From: an uncultured Candidatus Saccharibacteria bacterium
GTDB lineage: Bacteria; Patescibacteriota; Minisyncoccia; Minisyncoccales; Staskawiczbacteraceae
Direction: 5' to 3'
Length of the DNA stretch: 64,000 nucleotides
Assembly: GCA_964479955.1 (NCBI GenBank)
Contig: CAYZNK010000002.1
Span: forward strand, 7,489-71,488
Below the pieces are notes generated by a model. The model saw only the letters and a program-made list of their open reading frames with translations, searched no databases and was not told the DNA's origin. Made by a program: the position numbers and the translations under genes. Positions 22,735-31,284 of the stretch are shown here, in pieces. How positions within the stretch are numbered: the stretch's first letter is position 1; every line of letters begins with the position of its first letter.

Positions 22735-23256
22735 ATGGATAACCTTTTAAGGGCATTTATTATTTTTTCCGTTGCGTTTTTTGTGGTTTTGGTTGGTTTT
22801 TATGCAATAAAAATTGATGTCCTAAAAGATGATTTTCCAGTAAAAATAGAAATAAGCGAACCTGATAAAGTTTATAGACCAACAGAGGAAGTTGTGGTAA
22901 CAGGCAAGGCAAACCCGGAGTGTGAAATTTTTTTGTCTTGGTCTGGAAAGGTAGGCTTGGTTGAGTCTGACAAAAACGGAAATTGGGCTGCAAACTTAGG
23001 CACAATGCCGGAGGGAAAATACGGATTCCAGGCAATTTCCAATGGGCCTCATGACAGCCAAAGCATTTCATCTGTTCAGATTATTATAAGCGATAGCGCA
23101 GAATATCATAAAGAAAATATTTTTTCTGCAAATGGCATTAAGAATTTATTGGCATCTTTTTATTCCGGAATAAAAAACATTCCCAATAATTTGACTTCTG
23201 TTTCGCGGTCAGCGCCTCTTATTTTAAAAAACGATTGGAACTTAATTAAATTTTAA
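22735..23256 (+). CDS. membrane-anchored Ig-like-domain protein
   Basis: N-terminal TM, then VVVTGKANPECEIFLSW...DKNGNWAANLGTMPEGKYGFQA. Confidence 0.6.
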   Translation: MDNLLRAFIIFSVAFFVVLVGFYAIKIDVLKDDFPVKIEISEPDKVYRPTEEVVVTGKANPECEIFLSWSGKVGLVESDKNGNWAANLGTMPEGKYGFQAISNGPHDSQSISSVQIIISDSAEYHKENIFSANGIKNLLASFYSGIKNIPNNLTSVSRSAPLILKNDWNLIKF

Positions 23257-23257
23257 T

Positions 23258-23620
23258 ATGAAAAAAATAACAGCGCTTTATATTGCAATTGTTTTGATTT
23301 TTATTGCAAGCTTGGTTTGCAATGTCTATTTTTATTCAGAATACAGGTCTGCTAAAAAACGATATGACGATTTTTCAAAAATAAAAGAGTTTAATGAAAA
23401 AGTTATTTTTTTCAATAAAATTTTTGTTGAAAAAGTTTTGATAAAAAGCGAGCAGGTTTCTTATGAAGACAGGATAAAATTAGAAAATGCTGTTATTGCC
23501 ACAGAAGATGATGAGCTGATAAACCAATGGCATTCTTTTTTAAACTCAAAAACAGAAGCCGAAGCTCAAGAACAAACAAAGCGGCTTCTTTTCCTGTTTG
23601 CCACAAAAATTATTTACTAA
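23258..23620 (+). CDS. small N-terminally anchored protein, paralogue of 20051-20440
   Basis: FVEKVLIKSEQVSYEDRIKLENAV...EAEAQEQTKRLLFLFATKIIY. Confidence 0.65.
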   Translation: MKKITALYIAIVLIFIASLVCNVYFYSEYRSAKKRYDDFSKIKEFNEKVIFFNKIFVEKVLIKSEQVSYEDRIKLENAVIATEDDELINQWHSFLNSKTEAEAQEQTKRLLFLFATKIIY

Positions 23621-23638
23621 TTTAATCTCAACAGTCAG

Positions 23639-23664
23639 CTTGTGGGGTGTCCGACACCCCAATA
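23639..23664. repeat. REP hairpin
   Basis: cttgtggggtgtccgacaccccaata. Confidence 0.8.
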
Positions 23665-23671
23665 ATGCAAC

Positions 23672-23697
23672 AAAAAATCCCGTATAACGGGATTTTT
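23672..23697. terminator. bidirectional terminator hairpin
   Basis: aaaaaatcccg-tataa-cgggatttttt. Confidence 0.7.
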
Positions 23698-23706
23698 TGT
23701 TTGCAT

Positions 23707-23777
23707 TCGGGCTGCTGGGAGTTGCACCCAGGTCTTACGCACCCCATGCGCAAATACTGCTGCTGTACTACAGCCCG
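23707..23777 (-). tRNA. candidate tRNA-Pro (anticodon GGG) with non-canonical D and T loops
   Basis: Hand fold of the minus strand. Acceptor CGGGCTG/CAGCCCG. D stem GTAC/GTAT. Anticodon stem TGCGC/GCGTA with loop AUGGGGU. T stem CTGGG/CCCAG. C1-G72 and A73 fit tRNA-Pro. However the D loop AGCAGCA lacks GG and the T loop is TGCAACT. No encoded CCA. Confidence 0.55.
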
Positions 23778-23820
23778 CCTACGCTTGCTGGCTTCGGCGG
23801 GCAAGCCCGCCTACGCTTGA
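23772..23820. repeat. 16-nt direct repeat overlapping the tRNA 5' end, with a GC hairpin between the copies
   Basis: agcccgcctacgcttg occurs at 23772-23787 and 23805-23820. gcccgcc...ggcgggc stem. Confidence 0.65.
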
Positions 23821-23845
23821 GAGCTATCGGAGATCTGTAAAATTT

Positions 23846-24034
23846 TTAAACTCTAGACATTTTCTTAATGCATTTTGCGCAAGCCAAAACTCTTTTTCCG
23901 TTTGGCAGTCTTGCCCATTGCAAATTAGGTTTTTGCCTTCTTTTGGAAGTTGGGTTGTATTTACCCCTAAGCTTTACGAGAGTATTTACCACAGCTGATC
24001 TTTTTTGGCAAATTGAACAAATTTTTTCTGACAT
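23846..24034 (-). CDS. rpmB: 50S ribosomal protein L28
   Basis: MSEKICSICQKRSAVVNTLVKLRGKYNPTSKRRQKPNLQ. Confidence 0.9.
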   Translation of the reverse strand: MSEKICSICQKRSAVVNTLVKLRGKYNPTSKRRQKPNLQWARLPNGKRVLACAKCIKKMSRV

Positions 24035-24130
24035 TTTATTTTAATTTTAGTCTTGTTGTTAATAGTTTTTATTATATACTATTTCCAAAAAAATTCAAGT
24101 ATGATATATTAAAGATAAATATATAATAGT

Positions 24131-24766
24131 ATGTTTACCTCAACCGCCATTACAATTTTTTCTTTGATTGTGCTTTTGTTTTCCGTAATTATCCATGAAT
24201 TAGCCCACGGATATGTTGCTTATTCTTTGGGAGACCCAACAGCAAAATATGCAGGCAGGCTTACCCTAAACCCTTTAAAGCATCTTGACGCATTTGGCTC
24301 TGTGATTTTGCCGCTTATGCTTTTAATCGCCAGCGCGGGGCAGGGGCCTATTTTTGGCTGGGCAAAGCCGGTTCCTATTAATCCCTATAACTTCAAAGAC
24401 CAAAAATGGGGAGCATTAAAGGTTGCAATTTCCGGGCCTGCGACAAATTTTGCCATTGCTGTAATTTTTGGATTGCTTATAAGATTTTTAAATATGCCTT
24501 TGTCTGTTCCGTTTATACAGCTTTTAAGCATTATTGTAATTTATAACTTTTTGTGGGGAATTTTTAATTTGATTCCAATACCTCCCCTGGACGGCTCATG
24601 GATATTGTTCAGGTTTTTTCCGCCAGGGTTTGAGAAAATAAGGATGTTTCTGGAGCAGTATGGGCTCTTTATTTTAATTTTCTTTATATTTTTTAACGGC
24701 CTTTCATGGCTGAATTCATTATCAACCGCATTGTATATGCTGGTCACAGGCGCGCAGTTTTTCTAA
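24131..24766 (+). CDS. site-2 protease family (peptidase M50) membrane metalloprotease
   Basis: HELAHG zinc motif and a polytopic membrane profile. Confidence 0.85.
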   Translation: MFTSTAITIFSLIVLLFSVIIHELAHGYVAYSLGDPTAKYAGRLTLNPLKHLDAFGSVILPLMLLIASAGQGPIFGWAKPVPINPYNFKDQKWGALKVAISGPATNFAIAVIFGLLIRFLNMPLSVPFIQLLSIIVIYNFLWGIFNLIPIPPLDGSWILFRFFPPGFEKIRMFLEQYGLFILIFFIFFNGLSWLNSLSTALYMLVTGAQFF

Positions 24767-24789
24767 ATTGGATAATTTTATAATTTATC

Positions 24790-24818
24790 TTGACTCCATC
24801 TTGATTATTTGCTAATAT
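24790..24818 (+). promoter_or_regulatory. candidate str-operon promoter
   Basis: TTGACT, 17-nt spacer, TAATAT, followed by the palindrome aagcgcttaagcgctt. Confidence 0.5.
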
Positions 24819-24880
24819 AATATTTATAAAAAGCGCTTAAGCGCTTGTTTTAAAACAAAAAATTAAAAACAAAAACAAAA

Positions 24881-25291
24881 GTGCCAACAATTCATCAACT
24901 AATCAAAAAAAACAGAAAGAATAAGAAGGGGGTTAAAAAAACCGTTGCTTTGCAGCGCGGTTTTAATGTTTTAAAAAACAGGCCAACACGATATTTTTCT
25001 CCTTTTAAAAGGGGGGTATGCATAAAAGTTTTTACTCAAACTCCAAAAAAACCAAACTCAGCTTTAAGAAAAGTTGCCAGAGTTAAATTGTCAAACGGAA
25101 TGGAAGTTACAGCCTATATTCCAGGAGAGGGGCACAATTTGCAAGAGCACTCGGTTGTGTTAATAAGAGGCGGAAGAGTTAAAGATTTACCAGGAGTAAG
25201 GTATCATGTTGTAAGGGGGGTTTTAGATACGGGCGGAGTTGAAAACAGAAAGCAGGAAAGGTCTAAATATGGAACAAAAAAACCTAAATAG
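24881..25291 (+). CDS. rpsL: 30S ribosomal protein S12
   Basis: GTG start; PTIHQLIKK...[10 protein letters not shown]...[14 protein letters not shown]. Confidence 0.96.
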   Translation: MPTIHQLIKKNRKNKKGVKKTVALQRGFNVLKNRPTRYFSPFKRGVCIKVFTQTPKKPNSALRKVARVKLSNGMEVTAYIPGEGHNLQEHSVVLIRGGRVKDLPGVRYHVVRGVLDTGGVENRKQERSKYGTKKPK

Positions 25292-25303
25292 AATTTATTT
25301 TAC

Positions 25304-25768
25304 ATGAGAAGAGCATATAAAAAACACAAAATAGCGCCAGACAGGATTTACAATGACGTATCCATTTCCCAACTTATAAACAAAATAATGGAAGACGGTA
25401 AAAAGGCAACAGCCCAAAAAATTGTTTATGGATCTTTTGATATTATAAAAGAAAAAACAAAAAAAGAGCCGTTTGAAATTTTCAAGCAGGCAATTGAAAA
25501 TGTTTCTCCGCTTTTGGAAGTAAAGCCAAAAAGAATTGGGGGAGCCACTTATCAAGTGCCAATGGAAGTAAGAGGAGAAAGAAAAATAGCGTTGTCTTTT
25601 AAATGGATAATTGATTCAGCCAGGTCAAAAAAAGGAAAATCAATGGCTGAAAAATTAGCTGAAGAGTTAATTTTGGCGTCAAAAAACGAGGGAAACGCAA
25701 TAAAAAAGAAACAGGATACTCACAGAATGGCAGAAGCAAACAAAGCTTTTGCGCACTTTGCCAGATAA
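25304..25768 (+). CDS. rpsG: 30S ribosomal protein S7
   Basis: Canonical S7 sequence ([11 protein letters not shown]...[14 protein letters not shown]). Confidence 0.96.
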   Translation: MRRAYKKHKIAPDRIYNDVSISQLINKIMEDGKKATAQKIVYGSFDIIKEKTKKEPFEIFKQAIENVSPLLEVKPKRIGGATYQVPMEVRGERKIALSFKWIIDSARSKKGKSMAEKLAEELILASKNEGNAIKKKQDTHRMAEANKAFAHFAR

Positions 25769-25812
25769 TTTTTGCTACTAAATTTGCTCAGTAGCAAATT
25801 TAGTAGCAAAAA
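25769..25812. repeat. long perfect hairpin between rpsG and the antisense gene
   Basis: ttgctactaaatttgct-cagt-agcaaatttagtagcaa forms a 17-bp perfect stem, extendable by flanking T/A runs. Confidence 0.7.
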
Positions 25813-25849
25813 ACCCCGCGGATGAACCGAAGGGTATGTTGAGATTTTC

Positions 25850-26098
25850 TTAAACAGGTTCTTCTTTACAGGGAAGTTTTTCAAGTATTTCACGGGTATT
25901 AGGCATCAGTCTTCTGATGTCAAATTCTGTCTCATTTTCTCTTAAAAAATAAAGGATTGTTACCTCAATATTAGCTGAGGCGACCATTAGCGCTAAGCAA
26001 TCTTTAGAAATTCCGGTGAAAGCGTTAATGCTTGCAACATTTTCTGTGATAAGCCGCTGAATTTCACAGAATTTTTGGAAAAGAACAGAAAGTTTCAT
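25850..26098 (-). CDS. hypothetical 82-aa protein antisense to the str operon (cassette D)
   Basis: AAGGA at 26110-26106 lies 7 nt before ATG 26098. Upstream TTGACT..TATAAT-like boxes. The track start 26173 is rejected. Confidence 0.55.
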   Translation of the reverse strand: MKLSVLFQKFCEIQRLITENVASINAFTGISKDCLALMVASANIEVTILYFLRENETEFDIRRLMPNTREILEKLPCKEEPV

Positions 26099-26238
26099 AC
26101 AACGTTCCTTTATAATAGAAGGTTGGTTGTCATCAGAATTGATAATATTATAAAACAAAATAAAAATAGTCAAGTCAATTTAAATATTTAATCATTTTAA
26201 ATTATTTTAAAATTTAACATTAAAAATTAAAAATTAAA

Positions 26239-26294
26239 CAGAGGTAACCCTTCGTTCGACTCGGGGTAAATTTATTCGCCTCGCTCATAAATTT
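26239..26294 (+). promoter_or_regulatory. start-codon-abutting conserved hairpin element, copy b
   Basis: cagaggta[ACCC ttcgttcgactc GGGT]aaatttattcgcctcgctcataaattt is directly followed by ATG 26295. Confidence 0.45.
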
Positions 26295-28370
26295 ATGGCC
26301 AGACAACATCCATTAGATAAATTAAGAAATATTGGAATTATTGCGCACATTGATGCTGGGAAAACAACATTTTCTGAGCGCCTTTTGTTTTATACCGGAG
26401 TTTCCCATAAAATAGGAGAAGTACACGAGGGAGAGGCAGTTATGGATTGGATGGTGCAGGAAAGGGAAAGGGGAATTACAATTACTTCGGCGGCCACAAC
26501 AATGTACTGGAAAGACTACCAGATAAACCTTATTGACACTCCTGGCCACATTGACTTTACAGCAGAAGTGCAGAGGTCTTTGAGGGTTTTGGACGGAGCT
26601 GTTGTTGTGTTTGACGGAGTTGCAGGAGTAGAGTCCCAATCAGAAACAGTGTGGAGGCAGGCAGACAAATACTCTGTGCCAAGAATGTGCTTTATAAATA
26701 AGTTGGACAGAATGGGAGCATCTTTTGAAAAAAGTTTTCAGTCAATATTAAACAAACTTACAACAAACGCAGTTGCAATTTCAATTCCAATGGGGGTTGA
26801 AGAAAAGATGTCAGGCGTTATTGATTTGCTGAAAATGAAGGCATTGTACTTTGAAGGCGAAAAGGGAACTGAAGTTATAGAAAAAGAAATTCCGGAAGAA
26901 TGGAAGGCAGAAGCCGAAGAATGGCACAAAAAAGCCATTGAAAGAATTGCAGGAGAAGATGACGGGCTGACAGAAAAATTTTTGGAAGGAAAAGAAATTT
27001 CTTTGGAAGAATTGAAAAAAGCTTTAAGAAAAGCGGTTTTAGATTACAAGCTGGTGCCTGTTTTATGCGGAACTGCCTTAAAAAACAAGGGAGTTCAGCC
27101 TGTTTTGGATGCAGTTGTTGATTATATGCCCTCTCCTTTAAATCTGCCCCCTGAAAAGGGAACAGACCCAAAAACAGGGGCTGTTATTGAAAGAAAAGCG
27201 GACGACAGTGAGCCGTTTTCGGCTTTGGTTTTCAAAGTTGCCACAGACCCTTTTGTTGGAACTTTGACTTATTTTAGGATTTATTCAGGAAAGCTTGAAA
27301 AAGGCTCTTATGTTTTAAACGCCAACACAGGAGAACAGGAAAGAATTGCCAGAATTTTAAGGATGCATGCTGACGAAAGAAAAGAGCTTGATGTTTTGTA
27401 TGCGGGAGAAATTGGGGCAACGGTTGGATTAAAAGCAACAAGCACGGGGCATACTTTGTGCGCAAAGGAAGCTCCGATTATCTTGGAAAAAATTGTGTTT
27501 CCTGAGCCTGTTATTGGAATCCGTGTTGAGCCAAAGACAAAAGCCGACCAGGAAAAGCTTATTATGTCTATCAGAAAACTTACTGAAGAAGACCCAACGT
27601 TTAGGATTAAAGAGGATTTGGAAACCGGTGAAACAATTATTTCTGGAATGGGAGAATTGCATTTGGATATTATTGCAGACAGATTGAGAAGGGAGTTTCA
27701 CGTTGAAGCCAATTACGGCAAGCCTCAAGTAGCTTATAGAGAGACAATTACCGCAGAGGGGCAGGGCGAAGAAAAATATGTAAGGCAGTCGGGAGGAAAA
27801 GGACAATACGGACATGTGCTGTTAAAAGTTGCTCCAAAAGAAAGGGGAGCAGGATTTGAATTCGTTGACGAAATTAAGGGAGGAGTTATTCCAAAAGAAT
27901 TTATCAAACCCATTGAAAAGGGAGTACAGGAGGCAATGGACAAGGGAATTGTTGCGGGATATCCTATGGTTGATGTTCAGGTCACACTATATGACGGAAG
28001 TTATCACGAAGTTGACTCTTCTGAGTTTGCCTTTAAAATTGCGGGTTCAATGGCATTTCAGCATGCCGCTAGAAATTCAAAGCCGGTTATTTTGGAGCCA
28101 ATTATGAAAGTGGAAATTGTTACCCCTGAAAACTTTTTTGGGCAGGTTATTTCCGATGTTTCTTCAAGAAGAGGAAAAATAGAGGAAACTTCAGAAAGAG
28201 TTGGAATGAAAGTTATTGACGCAATGATTCCTTTGTCAGAAACATTTGGATACGCAACATCTTTAAGGTCTTTGACCGAAGGCAGGGCGTCATTTACAAT
28301 GGAATTTAACAAATATGAGCAGGTTCCAGGAAACGTTGCGCAGGAAATTATTGATGGCAAGAGAAAATAG
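26295..28370 (+). CDS. fusA: translation elongation factor G
   Basis: [27 protein letters not shown]; 691 aa. Confidence 0.97.
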   Translation: MARQHPLDKLRNIGIIAHIDAGKTTFSERLLFYTGVSHKIGEVHEGEAVMDWMVQERERGITITSAATTMYWKDYQINLIDTPGHIDFTAEVQRSLRVLDGAVVVFDGVAGVESQSETVWRQADKYSVPRMCFINKLDRMGASFEKSFQSILNKLTTNAVAISIPMGVEEKMSGVIDLLKMKALYFEGEKGTEVIEKEIPEEWKAEAEEWHKKAIERIAGEDDGLTEKFLEGKEISLEELKKALRKAVLDYKLVPVLCGTALKNKGVQPVLDAVVDYMPSPLNLPPEKGTDPKTGAVIERKADDSEPFSALVFKVATDPFVGTLTYFRIYSGKLEKGSYVLNANTGEQERIARILRMHADERKELDVLYAGEIGATVGLKATSTGHTLCAKEAPIILEKIVFPEPVIGIRVEPKTKADQEKLIMSIRKLTEEDPTFRIKEDLETGETIISGMGELHLDIIADRLRREFHVEANYGKPQVAYRETITAEGQGEEKYVRQSGGKGQYGHVLLKVAPKERGAGFEFVDEIKGGVIPKEFIKPIEKGVQEAMDKGIVAGYPMVDVQVTLYDGSYHEVDSSEFAFKIAGSMAFQHAARNSKPVILEPIMKVEIVTPENFFGQVISDVSSRRGKIEETSERVGMKVIDAMIPLSETFGYATSLRSLTEGRASFTMEFNKYEQVPGNVAQEIIDGKRK

Positions 28371-28404
28371 AGATATTAGTATTTATAACTCTAAAAATAT
28401 AAAA

Positions 28405-28430
28405 AGTGATAGGACATCCTATCACTTTTT
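28405..28430 (+). terminator. rho-independent terminator after fusA
   Basis: agtgatagg-acat-cctatcact followed by tttt. Confidence 0.65.
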
Positions 28431-28456
28431 AGTTAGCAAGCTCCAACCTTGCAAGA

Positions 28457-28505
28457 ATTGGGGTGTCGGACACCCCAATATTGTGCGACAAAAATAGCCA
28501 TTGTA
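28457..28505. repeat. REP hairpin plus the REPIN linker sequence (half REPIN)
   Basis: aattggggtgtcggacaccccaatattgtgcgacaaaaatagccattg. The linker is the same as in 10861-10885. Confidence 0.8.
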
Positions 28506-28557
28506 ATAAAAAAGCGCCTTGTCCTAACAAAGACTTGGCGCGCCTCGAGTTCGCTAG

Positions 28558-28607
28558 TTTGCGAGGTCGGACCTCGCAAGGTTTTTGCGAGGTCGGACCT
28601 CGCAAAA
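28558..28607. repeat. two direct REP hairpins (GCGAG class)
   Basis: ttgcgaggtcggacctcgcaa occurs twice, separated by ggttt. Confidence 0.8.
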
Positions 28608-28611
28608 CTTT

Positions 28612-29010
28612 TTAGTATTCTGCACAGCTGCCGGAAGATTCTTCAGTGGAAGGATTTTTGACTGCGGGAAATTCGCAGGTATCCTCAATATTGTCTTGTT
28701 TAGGTTCTTTTTCTTGAGGGTCTCCGATACCCGCAAGTTCAAGCCCAAATCTTTTTAAGAATTTCTTGGCTCGTTCCACCGCTGGATCCCAATGGATACG
28801 ATTTGAATGTCCCTTGATTAATCCACGAATAATTCCTGCGAATTCTTCGTGTTTTTCGTTAGCGCGGCGTTTAAAATACGCCCGCCGGGACAAAGGAAGC
28901 GCTACAACACTTGTAAGTTCCCAGCCTTGTTCGGCGAGTTGGCCAATAATGATTTGTTCATCGGATGCGTCTCCGCATAGGTCGTAGACACAAAATTTCC
29001 ACTTTTTCAT
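28612..29010 (-). CDS. hypothetical protein with N-terminal DUF4177-like domain, antisense between fusA and tuf (cassette E)
   Basis: AGGAG at 29021-29017 lies 6 nt before ATG 29010. MKKWKFCVYDL...QLAEQGWELTSVVAL...AYFKR resembles DUF4177. The track start 29196 is rejected. Confidence 0.65.
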   Translation of the reverse strand: MKKWKFCVYDLCGDASDEQIIIGQLAEQGWELTSVVALPLSRRAYFKRRANEKHEEFAGIIRGLIKGHSNRIHWDPAVERAKKFLKRFGLELAGIGDPQEKEPKQDNIEDTCEFPAVKNPSTEESSGSCAEY

Positions 29011-29119
29011 CACATTCTCCTTTGCGTAAGCGAATATGGAAAGAACTAATAAAATAATATCAAAAATAAGAAATTTGTCAAAGATTTTGGATTGTTTTTT
29101 GAAAATATAAAACACCCTC

Positions 29120-29148
29120 TTGACTATTAAAAAAAAATAGAATAATAT
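29120..29148 (+). promoter_or_regulatory. candidate dedicated tuf promoter
   Basis: TTGACT, 17-nt spacer, TAATAT. The leader contains gtacaaat...atttgtac and gcgcc...ggcgc hairpins. Confidence 0.5.
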
Positions 29149-29257
29149 AAAATTATTAAAAGGCAGTACAAATGCCAAGAGGTTATTTGTACACAAATAA
29201 AATAAAAAAGTAATTAAATTTTTGCGCCTGGCAAATGGCGCGAGAAAAAAATAATCA

Positions 29258-30454
29258 ATGGCAACAGAAAAATTTGAGAGGTCAAAACCTCACGTAAATA
29301 TTGGTACTATTGGTCACGTTGACCATGGAAAAACCACATTGTCAGCTGCAATTATGAAAGCTTCAAAATTGCGCGGATTTAAAGCATCTGAAAAAGATGT
29401 TGACCAGATTGACGCATCTCCGGAAGAAAAAGCAAGAGGAGTGACAATTTCCATTACTCACTTGGAATGCGAAACTCCAAAAAGGCACTATGCAGTTATT
29501 GACTGCCCAGGACACGCTGACTATATTAAAAACATGATTACGGGAGCCGCTCAAATGGACGGAGGAATTTTGCTTGTATCAGCTCCAGACGGTCCTATGC
29601 CTCAGACAAGAGAGCATATTTTGCTTGCCCACCAGGTTGGATTGCCGTCATTGGTTGTGTTTATGAACAAGTGCGATATGGTTGATGACCCTGAAATTTT
29701 GGATTTGGTTGAATCAGAAATTAGGGAATTATTGAAAAAGAACAAATATCCTGGAGATGAAATACCTATTATAAGGGGTTCAGCCACAAAAGCATTGGCC
29801 GCAACATCTGTTGATGATGCCGCTATAAAGCCAATTATTGAATTATTGGATGCCTGCGATAATTATATTCCAGAACCAAAAAGAGAATTAGACAAGCCTT
29901 TTGCAATGGCAGTAGAAGATGTATTCTCAATTGAAGGAAGGGGAACAGTTGCAACAGGAAGAATTGAAAGGGGAATTATTAAGCCAAATGATGAAATTGA
30001 AATAATTGGTATTAGGCCAACACAAAAAACAGTAGTTGTTTCAGTGGAAATGTTCCAAAAATCTTTAGACGAAGGAAGAGCCGGAGATAATGTTGGGCTT
30101 TTGTTGAGAGGATTAAAGAAAGAAGATATTGAGAGAGGACAAGTTTTATGCAAACCAGGCTCAATTACCCCTCACACAGAGTTTGAATGCGAAGTGTATG
30201 TATTGTCAAAAGACGAAGGAGGAAGGCACACTCCGTTTTTCTCGGGATACAAGCCTCAGCTTTATATCAGAACATCCGATATTACAGGCGACGTAACACT
30301 ACCTCAGGGAACTGAAATGGTTATGCCTGGAGACACTGCAAATTTAACTGTTAAATTGATAGCACCTGTTGCATTAGAAGAAAAACAAGGCTTTGCTATA
30401 AGAGAAGGAGGAAAAACTGTTGGCGCCGGAATTGTAACAAAGATAATAAAATAA
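29258..30454 (+). CDS. tuf: translation elongation factor Tu
   Basis: [21 protein letters not shown]; 398 aa. Confidence 0.98.
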   Translation: MATEKFERSKPHVNIGTIGHVDHGKTTLSAAIMKASKLRGFKASEKDVDQIDASPEEKARGVTISITHLECETPKRHYAVIDCPGHADYIKNMITGAAQMDGGILLVSAPDGPMPQTREHILLAHQVGLPSLVVFMNKCDMVDDPEILDLVESEIRELLKKNKYPGDEIPIIRGSATKALAATSVDDAAIKPIIELLDACDNYIPEPKRELDKPFAMAVEDVFSIEGRGTVATGRIERGIIKPNDEIEIIGIRPTQKTVVVSVEMFQKSLDEGRAGDNVGLLLRGLKKEDIERGQVLCKPGSITPHTEFECEVYVLSKDEGGRHTPFFSGYKPQLYIRTSDITGDVTLPQGTEMVMPGDTANLTVKLIAPVALEEKQGFAIREGGKTVGAGIVTKIIK

Positions 30455-30457
30455 GAC

Positions 30458-30847
30458 ATGCCAGCAAAGAAATCAACAACTCCAAAAGCAAAATCCTCAA
30501 CAGCCGTTAAGGCGGTAAAACAGGAAAAGCAAATCAAGGAAGGCTTGGCAAAGCTCCGCATAAAATTGCGGGCTTACGACCATAAAATAATTGATAATTC
30601 CTGCCGCCAAATTGTTGATATTGCAAACAGGTACGGAGCTGAAATAATAGGCCCGGTTCCTTTGCCAACAGAGATTCTGAAATACACCGTAAACAGGTCT
30701 TCTTTTGTCCATAAAAATGCAAGGGAGCAGTTTGAGATGAGAGTGCACAAAAGGGTTATTGATATCTTAAATCCTGACCAGGAAATCATAGAAGCATTAA
30801 GAGAGATGAATTTGCCTTCAGGTGTGGATATAACAGTAAAGATTTAA
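30458..30847 (+). CDS. rpsJ: 30S ribosomal protein S10 with ~27-aa Lys/Ala-rich N-terminal extension
   Basis: LRIKLRAYDHKIID...SSFVHKNAREQFEMRVHKRVIDI. Confidence 0.95.
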   Translation: MPAKKSTTPKAKSSTAVKAVKQEKQIKEGLAKLRIKLRAYDHKIIDNSCRQIVDIANRYGAEIIGPVPLPTEILKYTVNRSSFVHKNAREQFEMRVHKRVIDILNPDQEIIEALREMNLPSGVDITVKI

Positions 30848-30850
30848 AAC

Positions 30851-31111
30851 ATGTTCTATGTCTATGTTTTGAAAAGTCGAAAAGACGGCAAACATTACAT
30901 AGGATTTAGTACAGACTTAAAGAATAGATTTAAAGACCACTGTGAGGGTAAGGTCAGAGCTACATCGTATAGAAGACCATTAGAACTTATTTATTACGAA
31001 GCCTATAAAGAGAGAAACATAGCCCAGAAAAGAGAGAGGCAATTAAAAGGTGGAAAAGCACACATTATACTTATAAAAAGATTAAAGGAAGGAGTTGAGT
31101 CTTCACCTTAA
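30851..31111 (+). CDS. stand-alone GIY-YIG nuclease-domain protein
   Basis: FYVYVLKSRKDGKHYIGFSTDLKNRFKDH...RERQLKG. It starts 3 nt after the rpsJ stop. Confidence 0.85.
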   Translation: MFYVYVLKSRKDGKHYIGFSTDLKNRFKDHCEGKVRATSYRRPLELIYYEAYKERNIAQKRERQLKGGKAHIILIKRLKEGVESSP

Positions 31112-31120
31112 GGTGAAGAC

Positions 31121-31149
31121 TTGACATTACGGTAAAAATTTAATAGTAT
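31121..31149 (+). promoter_or_regulatory. candidate promoter for rplC and downstream genes
   Basis: TTGACA, 17-nt spacer, TAGTAT, directly after the hairpin agtcttcacc-ttaa-ggtgaagact. Confidence 0.55.
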
Positions 31150-31232
31150 AACTACATTAGACAATAGTTAACTTCTCCGAAAAATGGCTTTGCCATCTCG
31201 GGGTCAACAACATTGCCAATATGCTTGAAATG

Positions 31233-31254
31233 CTGGGCAATCTGCCCAGTTTTT
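31233..31254 (+). terminator. leader terminator/attenuator hairpin upstream of rplC
   Basis: CTGGGCA-atc-TGCCCAG followed by ttttt. An alternative pairing, attgccaa...tgggcaat, is possible. Confidence 0.5.
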
Positions 31255-31284
31255 CGTTAAGATTCAAAATCAATAAATTTAAAC

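Noticed and set aside
1269-28607. The repeated palindromic ggggtgtcggacacccc-type sequences could be a CRISPR array.
   Set aside because: The copies are single or paired hairpins scattered over 27 kb with no regular repeat-spacer periodicity. They are strongly self-complementary and associated with a RAYT gene, which fits REP/REPIN elements. No cas genes are present other than an orphan Cas4-like nuclease 24 kb away.
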